58,650 nt of DNA, taken from assembly GCA_948468505.1 (NCBI GenBank), contig CAOKJE010000002.1, positions 1-58,650 of the forward strand. The letters run 5' to 3'. Shown here one piece after another: positions 45,824-56,050 of the stretch (position 1 is its first letter; every line of letters starts with the position of its first letter). The notes under the pieces were generated by a model, which saw nothing but the letters and a program-made list of their open reading frames with translations, searched no databases and was not told where the DNA came from. Both the position numbers and the translations under genes were made by a program. This DNA comes from an uncultured Clostridium sp. Its GTDB lineage: Bacteria; Bacillota; Clostridia; TANB77; CAG-508.

Positions 45824-47580
45824 CTAGCTTAAAAAACTAGGCTCTGCTTTTGTAGACTGTTGTTCAAAAAATTCTTGATAAATTCCTGGTTTTGCAATTA
45901 AATCTCCATGAACTCCCTGTTGCACAATATTTCCATTATTTAATACAACAATTTTATCGCTTTGCTTTACATCTGCTATTTTGTTTGAAATGATAATACA
46001 GGTTTTGTCCTTGCTTAAGTCTTTAATATTTTCTAACAATTCTTTGGAAGTTCGATTATCTAATGCTGAAAAAGTGTCGTCAAAAATAATCATACTACTA
46101 TTCTTTAAAAAAGCTCTTGAAATTACCACTCTTTGTTTTTGCCCACCAGATAGGTCTCCTCCTCTTTCTCCTATTTTTGTTTTAATTCCTTTTGGCATTT
46201 GGCTAATTTCGTCATAAATAACAGCTTTTTTCGTACTTTCTTTGATTTCGTCTTCTTCATATTCTTCTTTAAATAAACTAATATTATCTTTTAGTGTAGA
46301 AGAAAATAGGAAGTTATCTTGGGTAATATAGCAAATATTTTCTCTTAACACCTCTATGTCTATCTCATTTATGTCTTTTCCATCAATTTTGATTTTACCA
46401 TCTGGAATATTATATAGCTTGGTAAGCAAATTCATTAATGTGGTTTTTCCGGCTTCCTATGGTTCCTATAATTCCTAGCGTTTCTCCTTTTTTTATTTCA
46501 ATATTAATATCTTCTAATGCTCTATCTAACATACCGAGGATAATTAAAATTCAAATTTTGGATGGTAATATTTCCTTCCAATTTTTCTTTCTTTGTCATT
46601 TTTTCTACACTTATTTTTTCTCTTTCTAATTGGAAAACTTGGTCTAATCTTTGGTAGGAAATTTGGGCTCTTTTGTATCTTGCAATTAAGCCTGGTATCC
46701 AGTTTACTGGATTTCTAAATAAAGCAATATAGCCATTAAATGCAACTAAATCCCCAACTGTAATACTTCCATCTAATACTAAATGGGAACCATAGATAAA
46801 GGAAATAGCATAACAAAGTCCAAAACAGATGTCAACACTAGAAGTTAATAAATTAGAAAAGACATCAACTACATTGTCGCTTTGTCTTACTTTTCTATTT
46901 TTAATAATAAACTCTTTTAATTGGCTTCCTTCACATGAATATGCTTTAGTTGTTCGAATACTATCAGTACTTTCTTGGATATATTGTGACATTTCAGTAA
47001 ATCTGTCTTGTGCCTTTTTGAAGTTAATTTCTACATATTTTTTAATTTTTACTACTAAAAAGGTTGCTATCACAATGGGACATAGACTTGCTATTGTTAG
47101 CTTTAAATTAACCCCTCTTGCCATTTGAAAAATTACAATAAAAAAGGTAAAAATCGTCCTTGAGGCATGAGATAAGATTCGATATACTGTACTTCTAATT
47201 TCATTTGTATCTTTAACAAAGTAAGACATAATTTCGCCATTTTTTATATTTTGTATTTCTTTAACCTTTAGTTTTAGAAATCTTTCAAATAACTTGTCTT
47301 TAATGTCTTTTTCAAAACCTCTACTAATATATGTTTCAAAATATTTCCATACAATTCTTGTAACCAAATAAACAGCACATATTCCAAGTAAGAAATATAT
47401 GTTGTTGAAAATAATTTGTTTATTTGCTTCGATATCATATAAATTGTCGATAATAACTCCTATTATTTTAGCAGGACATGTTAATAAATAGATGTCAAGT
47501 GCTAATAATATTAGTAGTAATATGGTTTTTCCTTTGTATTTTTTTAAAGTATCTATTATTACTTTTTTCATACATAACAC
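45824..47580 (-). CDS. ABC exporter, fused permease/ATPase subunit (partner A) with two CGG +1 sites (46534, 46449)
   Basis: Junctions NFNYP-G-MLDRALEDINIEIKKGETLGIIGTIGS-G-KTTLMNLLTKLYN. The second shifted Gly is the invariant Gly of the Walker A GxxGxGKT motif. Confidence 0.9.
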
Positions 47581-47656
47581 CTTTTCGTTTGTTTATCTAT
47601 CTTCTATTTTTTGATAAATGGTATCCTATCTTAAAGAGGGCTTTTAAAGGGGCCCC

Positions 47657-48854
47657 CTAATCCCTGTTTACTAATCTTTTCGTTTCTTTGGCTATCATTA
47701 ACTCTTCATTGGTTGGAATAATATACACCTTAACTTTGGAATTTTCTTTTGATATTACTTTTTCTTCGCCTCTTATGTTATTGGCATCTACATCAATTTC
47801 TACTCCCATGAATTGTAATTGCTCACAAATTCCTTTTCTAATATTGATTTGGTTTTCGCCAATCCCACCTGTAAAAATGATATAATCTACCCCGTTCATA
47901 GCTACAGCATATTTTGCAATATAACTTGCAATGGCATATTGAAAGCTATCTAATGCAACTTTTGCTCTTTCGTTTCCTTCATTTCCTGCATTTTCGATTT
48001 CTCTAAAATCTGGCACTAAACCAGAAATTGCTTGCACACCTGATTGTTTATTTAAAATATTCTCCATTTCTTCTGCTGATAATTTTTCTTTTTTCATTAA
48101 ATATAGAAGAATCGATGGGTCTAAATCTCCACTTCTAGTTACCATAGGAATTCCACCGTAATGGCGTTAATCCCATACTAGTATCTACCGATTTTCCACC
48201 TTCAATGGCACAAATACTAGCACCTTGCCCCAAATGACAGGTTACAATTTTCAAATCTTTAATTGGTTTGTTTTCAATTTCAGCTAATCTTTGTGAAACA
48301 AACATATGTGAGGTTCCATGGAATCCATATTTTCTTACACCATATTTTTCATAATATTCATATGGAATTGGATAGATGTATCTTTGTTTTGGAATAGATT
48401 GATGAAAAGCAGTGTCAAAAACTCCTACCATTGGTTTATTTGGCATAACATTTTGGCACGCCTCAATTCCCAAGATACATGCTGGATTATGTAATGGCGC
48501 TAAATCGGTACATTCTTTTAAAACCGCTATCACGTTTTCGTCAATTACCACTGATTCAGCAATTTTTTCTCCCCCATGAACAAGACGATGTCCAATTGCT
48601 TGTATTTCGTCTAAACTATCAATTACTTTGTATTCTGGATTGGTTAATTGTTTCAGTGCAAATTCAATCGCTTCTGTATGATTATAAGCTGGATTTTCAA
48701 TTTGCTTTTTTTGTCCTTTTGCTTTATGAGTAAGAAAAGCTTCTTTTTCTCCTATTCTTTCATATTTTCCAGAGGCTAACACCTCTTCTGTTTCCATGTT
48801 AATTAGTTGGTATTTTAATGACGAACTTCCACAATTTAATACTAATATTTTCAT
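47657..48854 (-). CDS. ackA: acetate kinase, copy 1 (CGG +1 site at 48156..48158)
   Basis: [17 protein letters not shown]...FHGTSH...[24 protein letters not shown] after tta CGG tgg. Confidence 0.92.
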
Positions 48855-48888
48855 TTTTTCTCTTTCCTTTCTTTTTCCCCACTGGTTC

Positions 48889-48937
48889 CGGGTTTAAATG
48901 GGGACATGGCCCACTGGTTCCGGGTTTGTTTGGGACA
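48889..48937. repeat. tandem direct repeat (2 copies, 22-bp period) CCACTGGTTCCGGGTTT..GGGACAT
   Basis: Copies start at 48889 and 48911, in the 84-bp spacer between the two ackA genes. Locally GC-rich. Confidence 0.8.
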
Positions 48938-48938
48938 T

Positions 48939-50127
48939 TTATACTAACTTTAAAGTTTCTCTTGCAATCATTAATTCTTCATTGGTTGGAACAATGTAGA
49001 TTTTTACTTTTGAATCAGCTGTTGAAATTTCTGCCTCTTCTCCTCTTATTTTATTCTTTTCTTCGTCTATTTTAACTCCTAAAAATTCTAATTGCTGTGC
49101 TATTGCTTTTCTTGAAATTGGACCTTTTTCGCCAACACCAGCGGTAAAGGTTAGTACATCAATTCCTCCCATAGCTACAGCGCATCTTGCTACATAGCAT
49201 GCTACTAAATAATGATAAACATCTAACGATAGCATTGCTTGTTTTTCTCCTGATAAGGCTTCTGTTTCAATATCTCTAAAGTCTACTGATACGCCTGATA
49301 TTCCATAAACTCCTGCTTCTTTATTTAAGACAAAATTCATGTCGTCTGCTGATAAGTTTTCCTTTTGCATAATAAAGGTAAGGATGGATGGGTCTAAGTC
49401 TCCACTTCTCGTTCCCATAGGAATTCCTCCGTAGTGGCGTTAATCCCATACTAGTTTCTACAGATTTTCCGTTTTTGATGGCACAAACGCTACAACCTTG
49501 CCCTAAGTGGCAATTTACGATTTTTAAGTCGTTTATATCTTTTCCCATAATTTGGGCTACTCGATTGGAAACATATTGATGCGAAGTTCCATGAAAGCCA
49601 TATTTTCGAATTGCATATTTTTCATAGTACTTGTAAGGTATTGGATAGATATATTTTTCTTTGCTGATTGTTTGATGGAAGGCTGTATCAAATACTGCTA
49701 CCATTTTCATATTAGGTACTATTTTTTGACACGCCTCTATTCCCAATATACAAGCTGGATTGTGTAATGGAGCTAAGTCTGTACATTTTTTAATTTCATC
49801 GATTACTTCTTTTGTAATGATTACTGAGTCGCTAAATTTTTCTCCTCCATGCACCACTCTATGTCCAATTCCTCCTAATTCGTCTAAGCTTTTTAGTACA
49901 CCATAATTTTCGTTCGTTAGTCTATTTAATACAAAGGCAATTGCTTTTTCATGATTTTTAGCTGGATGCTCAAATTTGTGGGCTTCTCCTTTTACTTTGT
50001 GGGTTAGAAAGGAATTGGGTTGCCCGATTCTTTCGAAATATCCTTTGGCTAACATTTCTTCTGTTTCCATATCAATTACTTGATATTTTAATGACGAGCT
50101 TCCTGAGTTTAGAACTAAAATTTTCAT
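48939..50127 (-). CDS. ackA: acetate kinase, copy 2 (CGG +1 site at 49429..49431)
   Basis: [17 protein letters not shown]...[24 protein letters not shown] after cta CGG agg. Same site as in copy 1. Confidence 0.92.
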
Positions 50128-50173
50128 AAGCGTTCCTCCTCTTTATTTTTTCAATGCAAGATGCTGATTTTCA

Positions 50174-51181
50174 TTAATTTTCCTGGGCTTGCACAGCAGT
50201 AATTGCTATAACCCCGAGCCACATCTTTCGAACTACACCCTCTAGACAAATCATTAACAGGTTTCGCAATCCCTTGGCAAAGAGGTCCGGTACGCTTCTG
50301 CCTTAGCTAATCGCTGCACCAACTTATAGCCAATATTTCCGTGTATCTAAATTAGGAAAAACCAACACATTTGCTTCTCCCCTTAATGGGCTATTGGGTG
50401 CCTTGAAAGCTGCCACCTCTGGTACAATGGCACTATCTAGCTGTAATTCGCCATCTACCAAAAGTTCCTTTTCTTTTTCTCTTACGAATTTAGTTGCCTC
50501 AATTACTTTTTCTGTTAGGGGTGATTTAGCACTACCATAAGTTGAATACGAAAGCATAGCAACTTTAGGCTCTTTTTCTACTAATTGCTTGAAACTTTTA
50601 CTAGAAGAAATCGCAATTTCTGCTAGACTTTCTGAATCTGGATTTTCATTTAAACCACTATCTGCAAAAATAAAAGTTCCATTTTCTCCATACTTACAAT
50701 CTGGTACTACCATAACAAAAAAAGCAGAAACTAATTTTGTACCAGGTGCTGTTTTTAAGATTTGTAAAGCTGGTCTTAGGGTTTCAGAGGTTGAATGGGC
50801 TGCGCCTGAAACCAAGCCATCTGCTTTTGTGTTTTCGTCTTTTACCATAAGCATTCCATAGTAAACAGGATCTTGTACTAATTCTCTGGCTTGTTCCATT
50901 GTCATTCCTTTATTTTTTCTTAATTCATATAATAAATTAATATATTTTTCAAAATTTTCTGCTTTGTTTGGCTCTACTATTTGTGCGCCTTCTATTTTAA
51001 TGTTGTTTTCTTTGGCTTTTTTTTCTATTTTTTCTTGATTTCCTACTAATATGATATTAGCATATCCTTCTTTTAGAACTTGGCTAGTTGCCTCTAAAAT
51101 TCTTATGTCTTCTGCTTCTGGAAGAACGATTGTCTTAATTTGCTTTTTCGCTCTTTTTTTGATTTCTTCAATAAATGACAT
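50174..51181 (-). CDS. pta: phosphate acetyltransferase with three CGG +1 sites (50339, 50287, 50214)
   Basis: ...[65 protein letters not shown] reproduces the conserved Pta C-terminus across what looks like a 200-bp intergenic gap. Confidence 0.93.
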
Positions 51182-51249
51182 TTTTCTTTCTCCTTCTTCT
51201 TTTTTGCAATTCTATTATATATAGAAATTAAAAAAAGCACAAGTATTTT

Positions 51250-51760
51250 TTATAAAATTGCTTTAATATCTTCGTCTTGTCGCAAGCGCCAAGATAAAAA
51301 ATGATAAGCGGATTTGTCTCCGCATAACAGCGATTTTAGCTAATTCCTTATTATCTCGCAATCTGTCACTGGCATATTTTATAATACTTCCTTTGTTTTG
51401 TATTGCTGCTTTTACCACTTCTTCGTCGTCTCTTAGATTTTCTGCTACATAATATAATGCTTGTCCATAATTCTTACAGCTTTCTAAGACTAGTTCTTTA
51501 TCTTCTCTTAATTTCGAAGAAGCATAGCAAATCGTCCAAGGTGCTCCTTTTATCCCTATTTCTACTATTTTCTTGTTGTCTTTTAATCTTTCACTTACAA
51601 ATTCTAGTGCTTCGCTATCTTGCTCTAACGCTGTTTTTACTACTTCTTCGTCATCTTTTAACGTTTCACTTGCTAGGTCTAAAAATTTTCCGTTTTCCTT
51701 TACTGCTTGTAATATGTATTGTTTATCGTCATTATGTTGTATTACTTCTTGTGCGTCCAT
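51250..51760 (-). CDS. DUF4116 repeat protein (CGG +1 site at 51320..51322)
   Basis: Repeats of the form A.K.NG..L.YAS..L.DD.E.V. After atg CGG aga the +1 frame continues the repeat: AKIAVM-G-DKSAYHFLSWRLRQDEDIKAIL. Confidence 0.65.
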
Positions 51761-51789
51761 TTCCCCCTCCTTCTATTGCTATTCTAATT

Positions 51790-52455
51790 TTAATCTCCCC
51801 TTTTGGCGATACATGCTTTTATCTTAATTCCTTCTTGTGAAAACATTTTTTCATGTTCTGTTTCAATGTTTTTTTCGAAAATAGGTTCTTGGTGTAAGTC
51901 ATAGGTTTTTTTAATAACTTGAAATCCGCTTTCTTGTAAATATTCTAGGCTTGCTTCAAATAGTTCGTCATCATCGGTTTTGAAATAGATTTCTCCTTCT
52001 GGTTTTAAGAATTCTTTGTATTTTTCGAGTTGCCTTGTATGGGTAAGTCTTTTTTTTCTATGTTTTCCTCGTGGCCATGGGTTACAAAAGTTAATGTAAA
52101 TTCTTTCGATTTCGTCTTGCTTTTCCAAGATTAAAAATATTCTTTCAATGTCAAATCTTGTAATTAATACATTTTTTGGCTCGATATTGGCTTGTTGGTA
52201 AGATGTTTCGATGTTTCTTTTAGCTAGTCCTAGCATGGCATCGACTAAGTCGATGGCAAGATAGTTTGTGTTTTGGTTTTCTAGTGCTAGCTGAGCTATG
52301 AATTGCCCTTTGCCACACCCTAGTTCTAAGTGCAAGGGTTGGTTTGAATTTTTATATTGCTTTTGCCATTTTCCTTTTATTTTTTCTGGTTCGTCTATGT
52401 AAAATGGACTTGCTTCTAGTTCTGGTCTTGCCCACTTTTTGTATCTGATTCTCAT
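51790..52455 (-). CDS. trmB: tRNA (guanine46-N7)-methyltransferase
   Basis: 221 aa. LELGCGKGQF SAM motif, NFCNPWPRGKHRKKRL motif typical of TrmB. Confidence 0.88.
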   Translation of the reverse strand: MRIRYKKWARPELEASPFYIDEPEKIKGKWQKQYKNSNQPLHLELGCGKGQFIAQLALENQNTNYLAIDLVDAMLGLAKRNIETSYQQANIEPKNVLITRFDIERIFLILEKQDEIERIYINFCNPWPRGKHRKKRLTHTRQLEKYKEFLKPEGEIYFKTDDDELFEASLEYLQESGFQVIKKTYDLHQEPIFEKNIETEHEKMFSQEGIKIKACIAKRGD

Positions 52456-52603
52456 TTTTTTAGTTCCTTTCCTTCCTTTTGCTCTAACTTTAAATTTATG
52501 ATTGCTTTTTTCGATTTTATTATACTTAATTTTTGATATTTTTTCAAGGATTTTGCCTGTAAAAAGAAAAAAGCAAACTTTTAATCAAGTTGCTTTTTTT
52601 CTA

Positions 52604-54558
52604 TTAACTCCCAGCTAAAACCACTCGAAATGAGCAATTGCCTTCACTACCAACTGTGCGTCCAAATACAAAAGTCCCACTTTTAGAACCATAGTCAATT
52701 ACTCCTCCTCTTTGAAAAAATATTCCGTGTTTGATATGGATATCCGTTTGTATCCTCAAACCAACCTACATTGTTTTCACTAGAAGACGTTTCTAAAATG
52801 GCATCTCCATAACCATAGTTTTCATTTTTGTACTTTATATAGTTATTCTTTGTAGTATCACTTGAAGAATCATATGGATATACTGTTACATATTTATCAC
52901 TCCATTTTTTATATCCTTCTATATCTGCTGTTTTTTTAGCAAATGAACTCCCATTAGAAAGGTTTGAATGTCCATTTGATATATATGCTGCTACTCTTTC
53001 CCATGCTCCTCCTGATAAATCATAAATACCATAAATATTTCCTGTTGTGCTTGCCAAACCTCCTTTTTCTGTGTCATAAGAATTTATTATTCCGATTTCC
53101 TACATCTGCTGATATTTCATTTGCTGCATTCCCTGTTATAAAATTACTACTATTGTTAATTGTTATTTCATGTCCATTTCTTCCATACTGACTATGTGCT
53201 AAGTATGCTACCGCTCCCCATTCACTGTTTTTCATTAAGTGGCTTTCTTTATTTTTATCATAGTTTATAGATTTTGTATAACAATCTCCTATCATTATAT
53301 TTCTCCAACTTTGTACTCCTGGTACTATTTTTATATTATTTCCAGAGCCTGCTGAACTTGCTGTTGCATCATTTTTAGCTGTCTCAAATTTCCCAACCCA
53401 AATTCCAGAAAGTTCTCTATCCCATTCTCCATTTTTAAAGTTGTTACTTGTTCCATCTCTAAATGCTGGATGTACAATGTAATTTTTTCCATTAGCTTCT
53501 ACTGTTTTTACTGTATTTCCTATACTTTGTTGTACGGTTCCATTTACTGATGTGATTCCTCTTCCATCACAATACCCTGTTACAATATCACTTGTTTCGC
53601 TTTCATAATAGATAATTCTATAAGCATATCGTGGTATCCATACAAAATAACTTTCTATATTGTTTATGGTATTTTTAGCATTAGCCCAATGGCTTTCTAA
53701 ATTATCTTCGGTTCCTGTTTTTGCTTTGTAGTCATACCAAGTTGGGTCGTCCTCATTTACGGTTATTGGGGTTCCACCTTCCCATTTTACAGGTGTCATT
53801 CCACTAAGATTTGGCTTATTAGGGGTTGGTATTACCTCATCATCCGTATCTATCCACACTACATCAATTCTCCCATATGACACAGAGAATTCCACTGGTA
53901 TGTCTTTTACTTCTATTATTTTTGTTGTTGTTTTTGTAATTCCGTCCGTTGTTGCTGTTACTTCTATTTTATAAGTTCCATTTGAAGTAAGTTCAAACTC
54001 TCCTGTTTTGCTATTTGAAATTTCTCCTACTTTTGTTTCATTGTTACTATTGGTTATGTTTGTTACTACTATTTTATCAACTTTTCCTACATCATTTGTT
54101 ACTTCTACTGTTATTTTCATAATGTTTCCTTCTAATTTTTGTGTGACTTTTATTTCTGGCTCTGGTGCTTTTGTATTTAGTTCTCCTACTTCTCCCGTTT
54201 TTCTATCTACTGTAGTTTGATAGCCATCCATTTCTACTAAAAAGTGTGTATCCGTTTCTCCTACAATGTTTCCGCCTTGCTTTACAGTTTCTACTTTGAA
54301 AGTATTTTCATTGAATTTTCCGTCTTGTTCAAAACTTGCCATTACTGCTATTTTTATTTTTTCCATGGCTGCTTCTTTATTATTATTTTCTTTCGCCGTA
54401 ATTGCTTTTTTTAAGATTCCATTTTCTCCTGTTAGCATTGCTATTGTTATTCCTGCTAAGATTAGTAATATAATTATCGTTATGACCAGCGCAATTAAAG
54501 TTATTCCTTTATTCTTTTTTATTTGTTTTAGAAAGATTTTATTTTTCATACAATCCAA
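52604..54558 (-). CDS. pilin-like N-terminal anchor protein with Ig-like middle and C-terminal FGE-sulfatase-like domain (CGG +1 sites at 53092 and 52725)
   Basis: KGITLIALVITIIILLILAGITIAMLTGENGIL N-terminus. Junctions ISADVGN-G-IINSYDTEKGGLASTTGNIYGIYDLSGGAWERV and GYPYQT-G-IFFQRGGVIDYGSKSGTFVFGRTVGSEGNCSFRVVLAGS. Confidence 0.78.
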
Positions 54559-54731
54559 TCCCTTCCTTGGCCTCTTCTTTAGTTTTTCCTTTGTTTTTCT
54601 TCACATTTGTATTTTATCAATAAACAAGAATTAAGTCAACTTGTTGTACGAACTCATTTCATTTTTAAAAAAATAATTAATTTGCTTTATCCTTTAAAAC
54701 ACGCTATAATAATAGCCAAAGGAGAAAAATC

Positions 54732-55639
54732 ATGAAACTAACCTACCAAATAAAAGAAACAGATTTGAAAAAAAACATCAATCAAATCTTAAAAACCGAA
54801 TTAAATATCTCAACCAGATTACTAAACAAACTAATAAAAAATAAGCAAATTACCCTTAACCAAAATGAATGCGACACAAGAATTACCCCTAGCTTAGGCG
54901 ATACCATAGAAATCAACCTAGCTTATCCAGAAAACAACTCTAATATCATACCAATTAAAATGCCACTCAATATCATTTATGAAGACGAATGGTTTATGGT
55001 TGTAAACAAACCTGCTGGCATGCCCATTCACCCTTCCAGATTACACTATACCGATTCACTTTCCAATGGTATTAAATACTATTTTAACCAAATTCGGATT
55101 AGCCAAAAAAATCCGTCCCGTCAATCGTTTAGATTTTAACACCTCACGGCCTAGTTATTTTTGCCAAATGCGAATACATTCAAGAAGATTTTATTAGGCA
55201 AATGGCAAATCAAACCTTTCAAAAAGAATATTTATGCCTAATTTCTCGGACACTTAAGCCCTAAAACGGGTACTATTTCTAAACCAATTGCTAGAAAACC
55301 AGATAGTATCATTGAAAGATGTATTGATAACACGAGACGGTCAAATGGCTATTACAAATTACCAGGTTCTTAGGAAATGGAATAGCTTTAACCTTGTAAA
55401 GTGTAGTTTAGTAACTGGTCGCACCCATCAAATTCGCATACATATGGCATCTCTTGGTACTCCGCTACTTCGGTGACACTTTATATGGTAAAGCCTCTCC
55501 TTTAATAGCCAGGCAAGCCTTGCATAGTTCTAAAATCCAATGTCTTCACCCTATTTCTAAAAAGTTCTTGACTTTTGAATCTCCTTTGCCAAACGACATG
55601 CAAATGATTTTGGGGACGGAGGAAAAAAGCATGCCCTGA
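54732..55639 (+). CDS. RluA-family pseudouridine synthase with five CGG +1 sites (55095, 55147, 55247, 55338, 55471)
   Basis: S4-like N-terminus. Junctions YYFNQI-G-LAKKIRPVNRLDFNTS-G-LVIFAKCEY...YLCLIS-G-HLSPKTGTISKPIARK...DNTR-G-QMAITNYQVL...[29 protein letters not shown]. HRLD-like, GRTHQIR and GD.LYG motifs are restored. Confidence 0.88.
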
Positions 55640-55683
55640 ACAATTATTCAAGGCATGCTTTTTTCCTCCGTCCCCAAAATCAT
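55604..55683. repeat. inverted-repeat element, copy 3 (short 16-nt loop)
   Basis: Arms 55604..55635 and 55652..55683 are reverse complements and share the core ATGATTTTGGGGACGGAGGAAAAAA with copies 1 and 2. Lies between convergent rluA-like and trxA genes. The left arm encodes the last 11 codons of the synthase. Confidence 0.85.
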
Positions 55684-55997
55684 TTTCGTTCAATCGCATT
55701 TATTATTTCACTTTTGCTTCTAACACCAACAAAGGTATTTTCCACTTCACCATTTTTAAATATTACCATGGTTGGTATGCTCATAACACCATATTCCATC
55801 GCTAAGTCTTGATTTTCGTCAATATTGACTTTTCCAACCTTTATGATATCTTCTTTTTCCTCAGCAATTTCGTCTATAACTGGTGACATCATTTGGCATG
55901 GTCCACACCAATCTGCATAAAAGTCAATTAGTACTGTTTTTTCTTCTTTTAGTACCTCTTCTTCAAAATTTTCTTTGTTTATTTTTAAAACACTCAT
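55680..55997 (-). CDS. trxA: thioredoxin
   Basis: MSVLKINKENFEEEVL...DFYADWCGPCQM (WCGPC active site). Start chosen at the internal Met with an upstream GGAGG. Confidence 0.92.
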   Translation of the reverse strand: MSVLKINKENFEEEVLKEEKTVLIDFYADWCGPCQMMSPVIDEIAEEKEDIIKVGKVNIDENQDLAMEYGVMSIPTMVIFKNGEVENTFVGVRSKSEIINAIERK

Positions 55998-56050
55998 TTT
56001 TCTTCCTCCATTTAAAATATTTTTTATGAGGGATTTTAAGGAACGTCCCT

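Noticed and set aside
29794-48937. Direct repeats as a possible CRISPR array
   Set aside because: There are only two copies at each locus, with 13- or 5-bp 'spacers'. There are no further repeats and no cas genes in the window.
50128-50323. A GC-richer 'intergenic' stretch upstream of ackA2 looked like a riboswitch or leader RNA
   Set aside because: It translates into the conserved Pta C-terminus ([10 protein letters not shown]...KPVNDLSRG...AITAVQAQ) once three CGG sites are shifted. It is coding sequence.
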